Source of the DNA: a virus
IMG/VR virus record: IMGVR_UViG_3300005096_000005
Location: 32,001-96,000 of that record
Strand: one strand, 5' to 3'
Length of the DNA: 64,000 nucleotides
This document shows positions 38,201-48,475 of this stretch, in pieces. The translations under genes were made by a program, and so were the position numbers. Under the pieces are notes generated by a model, which worked only from the letters and a program-made list of their open reading frames with translations, made no database searches and was not told the origin of the DNA. Numbering within the stretch: position 1 is the stretch's first letter; the number at the start of each line of letters is the position of its first letter.

Positions 38201-39145
38201 AAATCCAATACCCTGGTCTATCTGAGTGAGTAGATTCCCGGCCAGGTGATCGAAGTTCCGAGTAAGAACAGCGCTGTATATCCAATCTCGGGCTGGTGTC
38301 CCATCTCCCTTAATGGGCCACATGTGGACTCCACTCACGACAGGACACAGACCCTGGATCAACCACTCTTCACCGGTTGTGCCATCACCTACAGTAATGC
38401 GAACCTCTCGTATCTCTATGCTCCACCACGTCGGTTTGATAGTTATAGGTTCATCGGACACTATAACCTCTGCCCAAAAAGTGTCCCTATTCTTATCGAT
38501 AGCCATGGACGTATCGTGGCTGGTGTCATCTGCTGCGACGTCTCCCTGCCGCGCTCCGAGCTTCTCATCAAGCTCAAACCTTGCAACCCTGTTCTTTTTG
38601 ATTGCGCTCCGAATCCTGGATAGCTCCCCTACTTTTGGCAGAATCAATGTTTCGCTATCCTTGTCCACCACAGCGTCTGTGGCCGGGGCGTTCTCATAGA
38701 ACAGCCGCCTCATCTCCTTATTACCGGCATCTACAAAGTCTTCATAAAAGATGTCTGTAGTGCCGTTACCGAGGTTGATAAGGTGCCGATACTTAATTAG
38801 CTTCCTGCGAAGCCGAGTAACACCATCCCTGAGATACTGCACAGCCCTCTTGTAAAGAGATTCCGTCTTATTGCTGAACTGCTCAACGGCCTGAATCTCC
38901 GCATACGCAGCCGCAAGGTCTGTATAAAGCTGTCCCTGGAAAGTGTTGTATGTGTGCGGATTGGAACGCCCATGCTGTTCAACAACCCTGGTAGTTGGCT
39001 CGTACGAGCTCAATGGAACCTGAGCTGCAGCATCTACTTGCTTTGTCCGGTTCAGAATTATCTTCTGCACAACCGGAATAAGGGATTGGTATTTGGTTAA
39101 GAACTCTGTCATGCTATATTGTCCTGATGCCTTCCTTTTGTCCAC
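35201..39145 (-). CDS. Large putative virion protein, coiled-coil paralog family
   Basis: YN....Q...DL..AY; EDFVD; AIDKNRDTFW; terminal VRMKFQL...SPII. Confidence 0.72.
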   Translation of the reverse strand: MDKRKASGQYSMTEFLTKYQSLIPVVQKIILNRTKQVDAAAQVPLSSYEPTTRVVEQHGRSNPHTYNTFQGQLYTDLAAAYAEIQAVEQFSNKTESLYKRAVQYLRDGVTRLRRKLIKYRHLINLGNGTTDIFYEDFVDAGNKEMRRLFYENAPATDAVVDKDSETLILPKVGELSRIRSAIKKNRVARFELDEKLGARQGDVAADDTSHDTSMAIDKNRDTFWAEVIVSDEPITIKPTWWSIEIREVRITVGDGTTGEEWLIQGLCPVVSGVHMWPIKGDGTPARDWIYSAVLTRNFDHLAGNLLTQIDQGIGFNAQAAGEKNPVTAQTFLNVLSQNVREDQYGQRHVTLADLKTALQDEFTTVFFEVTTVDEPLETIYPVRDGAASKTHIMLQHKASANRLSLKPFMHGAMDLVALYTIPYDSEELAISRGEANFIILDPQKMKPNTVIHFDRHDIKRVYMVFNQRNYVRNIYQVPRSQLFNIELRDRLSREEYRFTTDLLSVKDSFQITADAGVTGQEGRNKALSQRKVDELTGWYLLVEYAQRLRTKMLEGQYSSQKDKPIDTILNAMGLVLADKGLRVKTLAEADSGLAADEQITLEELERIGSEKVEMQVFEYVYGLYDVDLDDVYYNPDGTFITKPFSVSGRAAGFTAQWDSDEPPGTSVRAFLSYDHNNTAPQWRSVDNGQFLEVFWPDNSDLQNENEQHAGGIGRTIALNKVAYVHPCARTDRMMIRSGVPPSGMLTPGQEVHIKGQLLVQQKTGSAAYWRIMSDLQDWEVTLTVNTAVDFGVDTSNGWTDVLTSPVQVSQISIDSIKSIAGYEGAGIAAIKKFLSDGSGLRTFRMGEMIPYSDVNASDVRWIKIDEVKVRDVGSIVQFNHAKGTIGSNRAYEPNEGEAVVGYQPQAAIWPFGNGAGGPSSRPSDEVNETLRVISNLPEQNFPMVIRGGTNLEAGGMTSDETSTFQFVVDVLAYPDVRIYYRPITVTIIDGANTYLPDPYGEPYFIEDNEFTLNISTPKLMKSTVSGTVLGEAIRGNVTGQWLVPIETSSGNRRDLPLWELSYYVSDSDFVHRIVKWDPRTELYNSEDGYSIMYAGTKYQLPDFPKSGVIILGIKHWVDQEGFAMTVFAEDTPTEQNVKAFAETKVFNGDQCDILYPIVTEERDFQTGEAPPKINIKFEAGIINGIAGWTSAEGNTYPYVGYLAVRLDHFVDKQPVYPNLGVITRNVTNYKKLNRRPTMRRWDLDPESPNYYPVIEYYHDVTRNRIEFARQLPTEWVANISYATYAPDVRMKFQLEGDLDVSPIIDNFRIEVKEV

Positions 39146-41028
39146 GCCTGGATATCAACAAGATTCCCACCCCAGTGATTTGTGTGAGCATCCTGGTCTA
39201 TGTTTTGGAAACTGCTTGTCCTGACAATAACCGCCAGCTTATTACACTTCATCTTGGATACATCATCACGGAGGCCACTGCCAACGGTAAAGACATTGGT
39301 AGGTGTCTCCCAGTGCCACCACCCACCACCGACACCTCCTCCGAGGGTAATGTCCGTATCGAGCAACTCACGCCATCTATATTCTCCCTCAGCGTCGTTA
39401 TCGGGATCGTGTGTGTAGGCCGCAATCCGAAATGTTGTGTAGGTATTGCCGGCAGCGATCGGATAGTTCCATAGAAACACAAACTTCCCATCTACAGGAA
39501 GATCGAGACCGTGAGTAATGTCAAGAAGTCGCCACCCCGCCAGATCGTGTCCAGACGCTACTTCTTCATTGTTATCTTCAAACGGATTCGTAGCACCCCC
39601 TACTGAAAACCAGTCAATCACATCACCGCCCGGAGCTGCCCTGACGCCATAACATGAAACCGCAGTTGAATCCTCCCCATCGTTTCCTTTAGTGGTTTCC
39701 ACTGGAGTTGTGTATGCGGTTTGTAAGTCTACTCCCTCAATTGTTATGGCGCTCATAAGGTCTTGCTGGTAGGCAGATAATGAAGCCCAGTTTGGCGGCC
39801 CATAGTACTTTGCGTCAGAGAACAAAAGTGTATCTATCGGTCCCATAAAAAACACTATCTTATCTATACGAGTATTCAGCATGGCAATCTGATCATATAT
39901 ATCCCGGAGCCATCCATACAGATATGAGAACCTGGCAGTAATGCCTGTCCACAATCCATTCAATATTCTGGCGAGGTTGATCCGATTACTTACTACACCA
40001 CGCTGTGCGTTTGCAATGCCACTACCCAGGTTGTCGATATGGCCACTCCTTGCAGGCTTGGACAGTTCAACATTAAAGTATGCATCTATCGACTGCGGAT
40101 CCCATGGTGCAAAACTTTGGATGTCTTTTATGTTAACCGGGTCAACCTGTGTAACCCCATCTTTTTTGACTATGGGAAACGACTTGTCGGCAACCCACCC
40201 GGTTGTGTCAGCTTTGTCCATATCTGCCGGTTCGGCACCAGTCGTAAAACTACGCCACGTCTGCACAGAACTGGAGGGATCCCATTCTATCGGTCTCTCA
40301 CTTATATCAGGTTCAGTTTCCGGCACCGGGTTTTCGTAATCACCAATCAAACCCTCTCCGTCAGGAGTCTGTTCCTGTGCCGGTTCTTCAACAATATGCC
40401 AGCAATTAGATCCCGTAAACGGAAGTGCACCCGCACTCCCGGGTTCCTGTTCATCAGTAGTAAAGAATATCTGAACATGCGCATTCTTAATCTCACCGGG
40501 AACAAACTTGACAACCCCAATAGGGACATCGGTCACAACGACCTCTATGACCTCGGTGGCCGGAGAGTGAGGGTTCTCGTCCCTGCCGTCTTCCTGGATA
40601 TTCAGTACAGTCTGAGCAAAATCAGGAACAGGATTGTTGTTCTCATCCAGTTTGCCATCCTGGCTTACAAACATATCTATCTTGACTTTGGTTTGAATAT
40701 CGTCCCCTGTACGTGCCGGGTCCGGCGCATTGGTGAGCCAGTCCATATAATCAATATACACAAAGAGACGGATATCTACGGTTTGTACCCACGACTTTGA
40801 AGAGATCAGACTAACCGTCCAGTGTTCCGGGGAGGCGGACGGAAACAAGAAGCCGTTATCTTGATCTTCCGTATAGTTAGCAGATACCAGATTCGGATTC
40901 CCGTCTTGAATGTACGAACGTACTCCATTATCCGAAAGCACTTTGACAGGAGCGGCCCCGTATCCGGGTATCGTAAGACTGTCATCAAGAACTCTATCTC
41001 CAAATGCGAATATTAAGTTATCAGCCAT
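39109..41028 (-). CDS. Putative virion protein with central coiled coil
   Basis: GAGGTG RBS; acidic and beta-rich with an LRDIYDQIAMLNTRIDKI helix. Confidence 0.7.
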   Translation of the reverse strand: MADNLIFAFGDRVLDDSLTIPGYGAAPVKVLSDNGVRSYIQDGNPNLVSANYTEDQDNGFLFPSASPEHWTVSLISSKSWVQTVDIRLFVYIDYMDWLTNAPDPARTGDDIQTKVKIDMFVSQDGKLDENNNPVPDFAQTVLNIQEDGRDENPHSPATEVIEVVVTDVPIGVVKFVPGEIKNAHVQIFFTTDEQEPGSAGALPFTGSNCWHIVEEPAQEQTPDGEGLIGDYENPVPETEPDISERPIEWDPSSSVQTWRSFTTGAEPADMDKADTTGWVADKSFPIVKKDGVTQVDPVNIKDIQSFAPWDPQSIDAYFNVELSKPARSGHIDNLGSGIANAQRGVVSNRINLARILNGLWTGITARFSYLYGWLRDIYDQIAMLNTRIDKIVFFMGPIDTLLFSDAKYYGPPNWASLSAYQQDLMSAITIEGVDLQTAYTTPVETTKGNDGEDSTAVSCYGVRAAPGGDVIDWFSVGGATNPFEDNNEEVASGHDLAGWRLLDITHGLDLPVDGKFVFLWNYPIAAGNTYTTFRIAAYTHDPDNDAEGEYRWRELLDTDITLGGGVGGGWWHWETPTNVFTVGSGLRDDVSKMKCNKLAVIVRTSSFQNIDQDAHTNHWGGNLVDIQAWTKGRHQDNIA

Positions 41029-41036
41029 GTGTCACC

Positions 41037-43418
41037 TCACACATATTGTATCAGGATTAGAGACCCTTTGGCTATATGTTTACTGGCCTTGAACTTGAAC
41101 ATCTCCTCAATCTGATCCTCGGCCAGCCCAGCCTCAAGATATCTGCGCCGTACAGTTTTGGGGACCTCAATCACCACAACCATATTCCCTGTATAAGGTT
41201 TCCCGTCATAGTGTCCGATATCCCAGAAGTGGCGCTCTCCACCTTCCGGCTCTCTATTCTCCTTCAGTCCTCCACCGCGACTCCGCGTATCAAGAACTAC
41301 ATTCTGTCCATATATCGTGTTGGGAACTACATCAACTCTGCCTAAAGGAACAACCTCGCCGGCAGAACTCTCGTAGTTACCAAAGAAAGCCTTTGTCTGG
41401 AAGAATATCTTCTCAGTTTCTGTATACACTTCGATCTGTGTCTTGTTTCCGTTATGCTCAACTTCCAATATGTATGGAAGCATACTGATGAACACAGGCG
41501 TGGTAAAGAGATTGTACCCGGGGATTGCCATAGATTTGCACACAAGTAGAACACGCTGCTCCTGCATAACACGATCTGGCTCTGCTCCCGCGTCCCACCA
41601 TACAGCAAGATCAAAAACACCACGCTCAAAATCGGTGTCGCCCAAATCCCAGTACAGTGGAATTATCCGTTCGTTATTGCTCAGATCATACAGTTCCACA
41701 GTTCCGGGCGCTATATACTGCAAGCCGGACTCCCACAACTTGGTGTTTCTATTGTATGTCAACTCCTTACGAATATTACCGGCAAAGGAATGGCCTACCG
41801 ACGGGTTCAAATCACACTTAAAGAACTCCTCGTCTTCTCTGTATCCATCAAACGTCACAAAGTCGTTCCTGTAAAAGTAATATGCTCTCACAGATGATGA
41901 CGGGAGAAACCACTTTTTATTCTCCTGTGCTCCAATCACAATGTTGTTATCAAACACAATTCTGTTCTTATCTACAGTAATAATCCTCATGAACTTGGCG
42001 GGAGATGAGCTGATATTACCGACGTTCGTCCCATCAACCGCCGCTGCCTGGTTTGTGTATTGTTTCAAGAACTCTATGGCTTTGCTCTTGTCGGAGAGGT
42101 TTGAAACAATCCAGAATTGTTCCCGAATCTCATCTTCCTTTGTGAAGGTTTCTCGAATAAGAATTACGATGGGCATACTCATTTGCACAGAGTTGTGCGA
42201 AGTAACAATAACGTCCTCATCAATAAAGGCACTCTCTCCACTGGCCAGCGACCATGCCTGGGAGTATGCGTGTCCCTGTCTTACCTCTGCGAACTCTCGT
42301 GTGGAGTAATGGAATCGCACTGTCAGATCGTTGTCGATCTCTGGCATATATCCATAGGTCAGACTAAACTGTGTCAGCGCCTTCTCTCGAATAGCAATCT
42401 GCATCCGCTGGCTTATAGCACGGCCATTCGGATCTGTCATTGTCGCTCCGTCAGTCTCCCAGCTGAACCCACCCTTCTTGATTCGTACAAACCAGGGAAG
42501 GTGATTGTTCGCCGTAGAGGGTACGTCCACAAACACACGAGCGATATCGTCAACCAGGACCTTTATGTACTCGCCAACATTATTGAATTGAATCACGGGA
42601 TAGGCCCCGGCAGTTTTTGTCCACGATCGTGCTGTCTGGTGCACCGGATCCTCGGGGATTACGGACAAAGGAACCGCATACTCACTGTAACCCTGTTCAT
42701 GATGAACCATTGTAGTGATATTGCGACCTCGAGCCTCGGCCTTGTCATAACGCAGGAGAACTAAATTGTCTTTTGGGATGTCTTCAAAGTACACCAAAAC
42801 CTTCCATACATTCAACAGGTCGGGAATTGGTACACCCTCCATGTCCGCCCTGCGTACGTATATAGCGTATTGATAAGGGAACTCACCTCCATCTGGAAGC
42901 GTAACTGCAATACGCTTTCCGCGGTACCGCATCCACTGAGCCACTCCATATCTGGGAAACGGAGAAGCGTGTTCCCATAACAATTCAGAATCTAATCCAA
43001 TAGATTCCACATGAAACCATGCCGTATACGCCCTATAGCGGGCTAAAACTGCGGTAGAGTCTCCATCCCACTCAACAACACTGTCATCAACAAAGACCCT
43101 GTCGGTCATGCTGATGTTGCCGCTAAACGAGATATCCTCGGCGGCATCCCGCCCATAAATCGTGTATCCATTGATAGTAATATTGTCTGTGTCCGGGTAA
43201 GTTCCCTGTCTTATAGTCGCTTCGGGACTGGTTAAATTATCGGGAATGAGATTGCTGAGTTGAGCAACCTGCAAATTCTCCTGGATGTTGAGAGCTATGG
43301 ACTGAACGAAAGCAAGATTGACGGCGTCGGTCGGAACACGTGGTCCCAGTCTGAACGTAGAGGTTTGCCGCCGGGTCCGCTTCTTTGCCGGTAATGTATT
43401 AAGCATTACTCTACCCAT
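41037..43418 (-). CDS. Putative virion/baseplate protein
   Basis: Long ORF in the structural operon with C-terminal DTRSRGGGL...FWDIG.YDG.PY. Start is likely 43418 or 43406 (TAATG). Confidence 0.7.
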   Translation of the reverse strand: MGRVMLNTLPAKKRTRRQTSTFRLGPRVPTDAVNLAFVQSIALNIQENLQVAQLSNLIPDNLTSPEATIRQGTYPDTDNITINGYTIYGRDAAEDISFSGNISMTDRVFVDDSVVEWDGDSTAVLARYRAYTAWFHVESIGLDSELLWEHASPFPRYGVAQWMRYRGKRIAVTLPDGGEFPYQYAIYVRRADMEGVPIPDLLNVWKVLVYFEDIPKDNLVLLRYDKAEARGRNITTMVHHEQGYSEYAVPLSVIPEDPVHQTARSWTKTAGAYPVIQFNNVGEYIKVLVDDIARVFVDVPSTANNHLPWFVRIKKGGFSWETDGATMTDPNGRAISQRMQIAIREKALTQFSLTYGYMPEIDNDLTVRFHYSTREFAEVRQGHAYSQAWSLASGESAFIDEDVIVTSHNSVQMSMPIVILIRETFTKEDEIREQFWIVSNLSDKSKAIEFLKQYTNQAAAVDGTNVGNISSSPAKFMRIITVDKNRIVFDNNIVIGAQENKKWFLPSSSVRAYYFYRNDFVTFDGYREDEEFFKCDLNPSVGHSFAGNIRKELTYNRNTKLWESGLQYIAPGTVELYDLSNNERIIPLYWDLGDTDFERGVFDLAVWWDAGAEPDRVMQEQRVLLVCKSMAIPGYNLFTTPVFISMLPYILEVEHNGNKTQIEVYTETEKIFFQTKAFFGNYESSAGEVVPLGRVDVVPNTIYGQNVVLDTRSRGGGLKENREPEGGERHFWDIGHYDGKPYTGNMVVVIEVPKTVRRRYLEAGLAEDQIEEMFKFKASKHIAKGSLILIQYV

Positions 43419-46400
43419 ATCTCCGCCCCTCCGTAAACAGCAGGGGCAGTCTCGGTTTTGTTCCACTCACCAAGTGGCATATATTCTACTACAAACTGAA
43501 GGGGTCTGGTAGAGTCGATAATATAACCACCTTCGATCTGTTGTGGGACCGTTAACGTCCCGCATACCTTCCCCATAAAGTTCGAGATATTCCCATGAGC
43601 GAAAATCGCTGAATGAGGAATATCGTGGTTTTCTTCCGAGGGCTGATCCGGTAACTTGACCAACCCTTCAAGCCGAACGTGCACAGCCCTATTCGGTACC
43701 GGGGCGCCATACTTATCCCTAAGTATAGCATACCAATACAGGATATGTTCAGTCCCTACCACATTACTCCTGGTGCCAACAATAGTAGAAGGCTCCACTC
43801 CCACTTCGATACTGGCAATCTCCCTATCGGTGTCATCGATATATACGAACCCGGTATTCTCCACCGCGAGAGCCGGATTGAAAGAGATGGTATCTATGAT
43901 ATTCTTTCCTGGGTCTACCTGTTCAGGCGGAGCAAGATGGAAGTATGGATCGATACCCTTCTCATAAAACACCCTGTAGGTTCCCTCTTCAGCAAAAGCG
44001 AGAGAAGTTACCAGATATAACCCACTATCGGGGCTGGCGACTTCTGACTGCAACCGGTTGATAGTGAAAGGCGAGAATGATCTTTTGACCATGTATCGGA
44101 TAGTAATCTGTTGGATGTCCTCCGGAGTCTCGAGATAAACCGTGTTGCGGTCCAGTCCTCGCGAACCAATTCTCATACTGTCCTGCACTCCCCAGTCATT
44201 GATACTGACGAGGTCCATATCCGAAAGTGTTGGAGCTCCATTAACAAGAGAGACCATATCCAGGTAGTCGGAGAAGTCGAACAGCCACTTGTAATAGAAG
44301 TCGAACCTGTCTACTTCCGATTCATTCAGAAAGATAGTCTGGTTTGGATCCACGCGATACAACGGTCCACGGAGCGCCTGGCCCTGTACAACCTTGGTCT
44401 GATCATGATACGTATCAATCCTGACCAACTCGATACCGTCAATGATAATGGATTCAATTACCACATTCGAATACTGGAGTGGGTACAGATGATACTTGTT
44501 ACGCTCAAACGTCTCCACCCGTGAGATCCCCGCAGGATCTTCCGTGTCGTTCGTCCTGAATACGGGCAAGAGAGTTGGCGCCTGCTCTGCGTCTATCCGT
44601 AGGGCTCTCAGTCCAAATTGACCATCATAGAAGTCTCTGACGATGACATCGTCATTGTAAACTGTAACGTATACATACTCCTCGTCCGGAGCGGCGTCTG
44701 CGGAGGTGGGGTATGCGTTCACAGTAATCACGTCGCCGTAAGAATCAATCTGAAGCAGGTGCCAGCCAGTGAAACCGGAACTGCTCTCCATCTCGGCGGC
44801 GACAATGAAGAAGTCCTTGTACATTGTGATGCCACCGAGCCTGATAATAGCGTCAGATGTGGCTCCCTGGTTCAGACTAATCTGAATTGTAGAAACGTGC
44901 TGCCCCATCATATTAACAACAAGAATCTGTTTGTCACCATCGAAAGTGAGTCCGTCAGGATTGTTGTTGTTTGTGATGAATATAGTGTCTCCATCCGCAT
45001 ATATACCCGAAATCTTTTGGTCTCTTACGATCCCTGTTAAATTGATGGAAGGGTCCTCTTCGGGCTTCCACGCCTTGTCTACCCCTGCGCTGGCCGTCTG
45101 GATTCCAATACTGTATTGATATACCTTATGGGTATAGTCTCCACCGTCTTCTTTAGATATCGCGCAATATAGGGTGTCTCCAGATACGGCAATGGCGTCC
45201 AAATTGTACTCGGCCCCAAGTAGGGTCGGATCGAAAGATACCAAAAAACTTGGACTGTCCACAGAGAAGTCTTCTCCATAATAGTCCCGTGCCAGAAACA
45301 GCTGCCTGTCGTCCTGCTCGTCAGGCAGAGTTTGCAGCAGATCCTCCATAGCATCATCGAGCGGCAACGCCCACGAAGAGATCGGGCACCTGTACACTCC
45401 CCATTTGTCCTCTGATCCTTGCTCCATGATAAGGTACATATTCTTATCAGACACGACAGCGCCACGTCCCGGCCGCACAGAATCAGGTACAGCCGCCAAC
45501 ACGGAAGACACCGTCGTAAGGCTCGGAGTGTTCATTAGCTGCCCTCTGCCTCTGGTGTATCCAACTGGAAACCCCATGGTTGCAGTACCTTCGTCCATCG
45601 CATGTCCTGCCATCACAATAATAGGAGCCGACTGCTGCGGCACGAACTGAAGCTCGGTAACAAAGTGACGCAGATCCAGGTCGGTGTCTACCGCTCCATA
45701 TCGACTGCCGGCGAATGTAGACCTTCCCATTCCGGACGAGCCTCCAAGCGTCTGTTCTTTCTGTTCATCACCAAATAGATAGAACTCCTGCTGGCCGATG
45801 TAATAATACCCGGACGAGAAACGGGGATACCATAACATCTCCATATTGAGATTCATGTTGGCTGCGATTGTCCAGTCGCCGGATACTGGATCCTGTATAA
45901 GGTATGTGTCAACGTAGGGGGAATTGTCTGCAACTTCCCACCTCAAATTAGTAACGCCTTCTTTAGCAATTGCCGGGTCATCGCTGGCGACTCCTGGCCA
46001 TACGCTCTCGACATCGAACAGAGGTGGCGCTCCCCCGGCTCCTCCCTTCAGAAGGTACTTCCCGTTCACTTCTATCACGACAGCATTGGTCGGGTCTGTC
46101 ATATCCGGGTTAATCCCGGTCCATCCGGTATAAGTTAGAGGGTTCTGTGTCCTGTCGGTAATCTTCGCCGCATTAAGGTCCCTGAGCTGAAAGTCGGACT
46201 TGTAAGTAATGTCCCTTTTTACCACCTGGTCCAAAACCGAAAACAGCGATTGACTCCTCCACGGCCTCGACAGTGTCATGTCCTTGCTGTACGCCGACGC
46301 TGCTCGAAGAATCAGGTGCCTATCATAGTCAAAAGAGGTTGTATTATCATCGGGACCGAACCATTGCAACCAGAAACCGGACTCTGTATTTGTGTGATAA

Positions 46401-48475
46401 TCCTCGTACATCTGGTCGCCTTCCTGGCGGGTATGCACATGGTCCGGAGTTGCGGGAGACGTCGGAACAATAACATTCATACCCATGGCTGTCATGTCAA
46501 CACCGTCAATAGCAATGGCTCCTTCTGTCGAGTGCAAAACAAGCTGAATGTTTTGGCCTGGCCCTACAAATCTCCGATCAATGGTATCTATTTGGGCTTC
46601 AGCAGGAAGGTCCTTTTCTGCCCTCATACTGATATTAACTTTTGGTCCCTCATGCCAGTTCTCAGGAGCGAGAGGGTCTGATACAATAGGGAAGTTCCAC
46701 GGAAACGCAACAAAATATGGCTCGGTTAATGGAGCTGTGGACTCCGTAGTTGCAACCACGTGCAATTCTGTAGACGTTAATGCGCTGACAACTTCCACAC
46801 CTCCGTCAGATGTGGGAACCTCGGCAGTTGCAATAATGTTCCTGTTGTCCCTGGTTGAATACTCAAATCCGGCCGCCATCATGGCGCTCGCATCATAATC
46901 AGGCGAGGGGTTGGTAACACTGGAATCGTACAGAGAGCCTGCATACTCGGCAACAGCCTCAATAAACATCAGGTCCGGATCATTGGGTGTAATCCTGGCC
47001 TCCGCATTTGTAACCGTCATCTCCACGGACTTGACCCATAAGGTATCCTCTGGGGTAGGGCCGTCATAATAACCTGCAGTATCATAGCGGCGCTCATTCT
47101 CTTCCCAGTCGTATATCATGGCGATACGTGCCGGATCCACCAGGAACTCTATCTCGACCTCTTTAACGCCAACAAACCTCGACTTGGGAATCGTCCAGGT
47201 CGTAGTTCCTCCGCCATTGGGGTCAAAATCCTCCATCCACGTCTCAACAGGATCTCCGGAAGCGTCTCTTGTAGTGAAAGTGACATCCCATGCAGCATAA
47301 GACTCTTCTTCCGGGGAGTGTTCTACGGTTAATATCACATCCCCGTCCTCAATCACTTCAGCTGGCAGATTCTCATAATTCACTCTGAACTTAACAGTAA
47401 AGACATTCGGCGATTGGTTGAGCGGATCCATGTCGTCGATAAGCGTATAGAGGCCGCCTTCAGCATTAACCGCCCATTGAGCGCCGGAGGCAGACATCCC
47501 ATCCACAGACAGGTTCAGGATTCTCTCCCTGTTTGGATCGTCATAAGTATACCAGTCTTCTTGCGGTACAGAATAATCCTGATGCCAGTCCGTATCGTGG
47601 TAGGCGATAATGTTTGAGAATACGAGAGGTGGAGTTCCGCCCGCTACCATCCCAAAGGTCATCTTACTCTTACGGCTGTGGTCGTATGTGTCTGCGTGAG
47701 GCACCTGAAGGTAATCGATAAGAGCCTGCCGGAATACTTCGCTGATAAGTACGTACTTCTTTCGTAAGACTTCCGGGATTGGATAGTAGTTATCGTCTCC
47801 TACATTACTCCACGCCAGACAATAACGTGGGTTTGGGTGTATGTTCAGGTCGGGCGTGAGATCACTGAATTCATCTACGTAATGAAGAACGTAACTGTTC
47901 ACATCATCCGGATCAAATGGAGGGATCAGATCGACGGTCCAGAATTCAAGGTCGTTTAGAATGGCAGGACGCACCCATCGGCGCACTATGCCTCCCTGAT
48001 ATTCAGGGTACTTGGCTGCTCCGTACTTTTGGAAAGCAGCATAAAGGCGCTCTCGCAAGTACGCTGTGTCCCACACAACCACAGGGGGCGCTTTAGGGTT
48101 GGCGTAATATTCAGTATCTGGATACGGATCGAGTGCGTCATCTGCGGGTCGAGGGAATAGTGCGCGCCGTCCCCATGACAGAAAATTGATGTACGGCCTC
48201 CACCGACAGTAGCCAGGGTTTGTCATGTTGCCTGTAAACCGTATCTGCCACTTTGTGTTTACAGGTACATGTACATTCTCTTCTACTATCTGTTCCCCTG
48301 CAAGGAAAACCGTATAATCGAACACAGTTTCATCTGCAAGAGCTTCTGGAGCATGTACCATACAGTCGGCGCCATCGCCAACTCCACTATAAGCGCGAGC
48401 CTCCTTGTCGGCCGTAAGTGCGAGCTTCCAATCCGTTCCGCCAGGAACGAAGTTATCCTGAGTCGTTGCCATCAT
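43406..48475 (-). CDS. Very large (1689 aa) acidic virion protein, possible beta-propeller and Ig-like regions
   Basis: Long ORF; blade-like repeats (DAIAVSGDTLY, SGIYADGDTIF, GGITMYKDFFI); terminal LRDKYGAPVPN.V Ig-like motif. Confidence 0.72.
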   Translation of the reverse strand: MMATTQDNFVPGGTDWKLALTADKEARAYSGVGDGADCMVHAPEALADETVFDYTVFLAGEQIVEENVHVPVNTKWQIRFTGNMTNPGYCRWRPYINFLSWGRRALFPRPADDALDPYPDTEYYANPKAPPVVVWDTAYLRERLYAAFQKYGAAKYPEYQGGIVRRWVRPAILNDLEFWTVDLIPPFDPDDVNSYVLHYVDEFSDLTPDLNIHPNPRYCLAWSNVGDDNYYPIPEVLRKKYVLISEVFRQALIDYLQVPHADTYDHSRKSKMTFGMVAGGTPPLVFSNIIAYHDTDWHQDYSVPQEDWYTYDDPNRERILNLSVDGMSASGAQWAVNAEGGLYTLIDDMDPLNQSPNVFTVKFRVNYENLPAEVIEDGDVILTVEHSPEEESYAAWDVTFTTRDASGDPVETWMEDFDPNGGGTTTWTIPKSRFVGVKEVEIEFLVDPARIAMIYDWEENERRYDTAGYYDGPTPEDTLWVKSVEMTVTNAEARITPNDPDLMFIEAVAEYAGSLYDSSVTNPSPDYDASAMMAAGFEYSTRDNRNIIATAEVPTSDGGVEVVSALTSTELHVVATTESTAPLTEPYFVAFPWNFPIVSDPLAPENWHEGPKVNISMRAEKDLPAEAQIDTIDRRFVGPGQNIQLVLHSTEGAIAIDGVDMTAMGMNVIVPTSPATPDHVHTRQEGDQMYEDYHTNTESGFWLQWFGPDDNTTSFDYDRHLILRAASAYSKDMTLSRPWRSQSLFSVLDQVVKRDITYKSDFQLRDLNAAKITDRTQNPLTYTGWTGINPDMTDPTNAVVIEVNGKYLLKGGAGGAPPLFDVESVWPGVASDDPAIAKEGVTNLRWEVADNSPYVDTYLIQDPVSGDWTIAANMNLNMEMLWYPRFSSGYYYIGQQEFYLFGDEQKEQTLGGSSGMGRSTFAGSRYGAVDTDLDLRHFVTELQFVPQQSAPIIVMAGHAMDEGTATMGFPVGYTRGRGQLMNTPSLTTVSSVLAAVPDSVRPGRGAVVSDKNMYLIMEQGSEDKWGVYRCPISSWALPLDDAMEDLLQTLPDEQDDRQLFLARDYYGEDFSVDSPSFLVSFDPTLLGAEYNLDAIAVSGDTLYCAISKEDGGDYTHKVYQYSIGIQTASAGVDKAWKPEEDPSINLTGIVRDQKISGIYADGDTIFITNNNNPDGLTFDGDKQILVVNMMGQHVSTIQISLNQGATSDAIIRLGGITMYKDFFIVAAEMESSSGFTGWHLLQIDSYGDVITVNAYPTSADAAPDEEYVYVTVYNDDVIVRDFYDGQFGLRALRIDAEQAPTLLPVFRTNDTEDPAGISRVETFERNKYHLYPLQYSNVVIESIIIDGIELVRIDTYHDQTKVVQGQALRGPLYRVDPNQTIFLNESEVDRFDFYYKWLFDFSDYLDMVSLVNGAPTLSDMDLVSINDWGVQDSMRIGSRGLDRNTVYLETPEDIQQITIRYMVKRSFSPFTINRLQSEVASPDSGLYLVTSLAFAEEGTYRVFYEKGIDPYFHLAPPEQVDPGKNIIDTISFNPALAVENTGFVYIDDTDREIASIEVGVEPSTIVGTRSNVVGTEHILYWYAILRDKYGAPVPNRAVHVRLEGLVKLPDQPSEENHDIPHSAIFAHGNISNFMGKVCGTLTVPQQIEGGYIIDSTRPLQFVVEYMPLGEWNKTETAPAVYGGAEIWVE

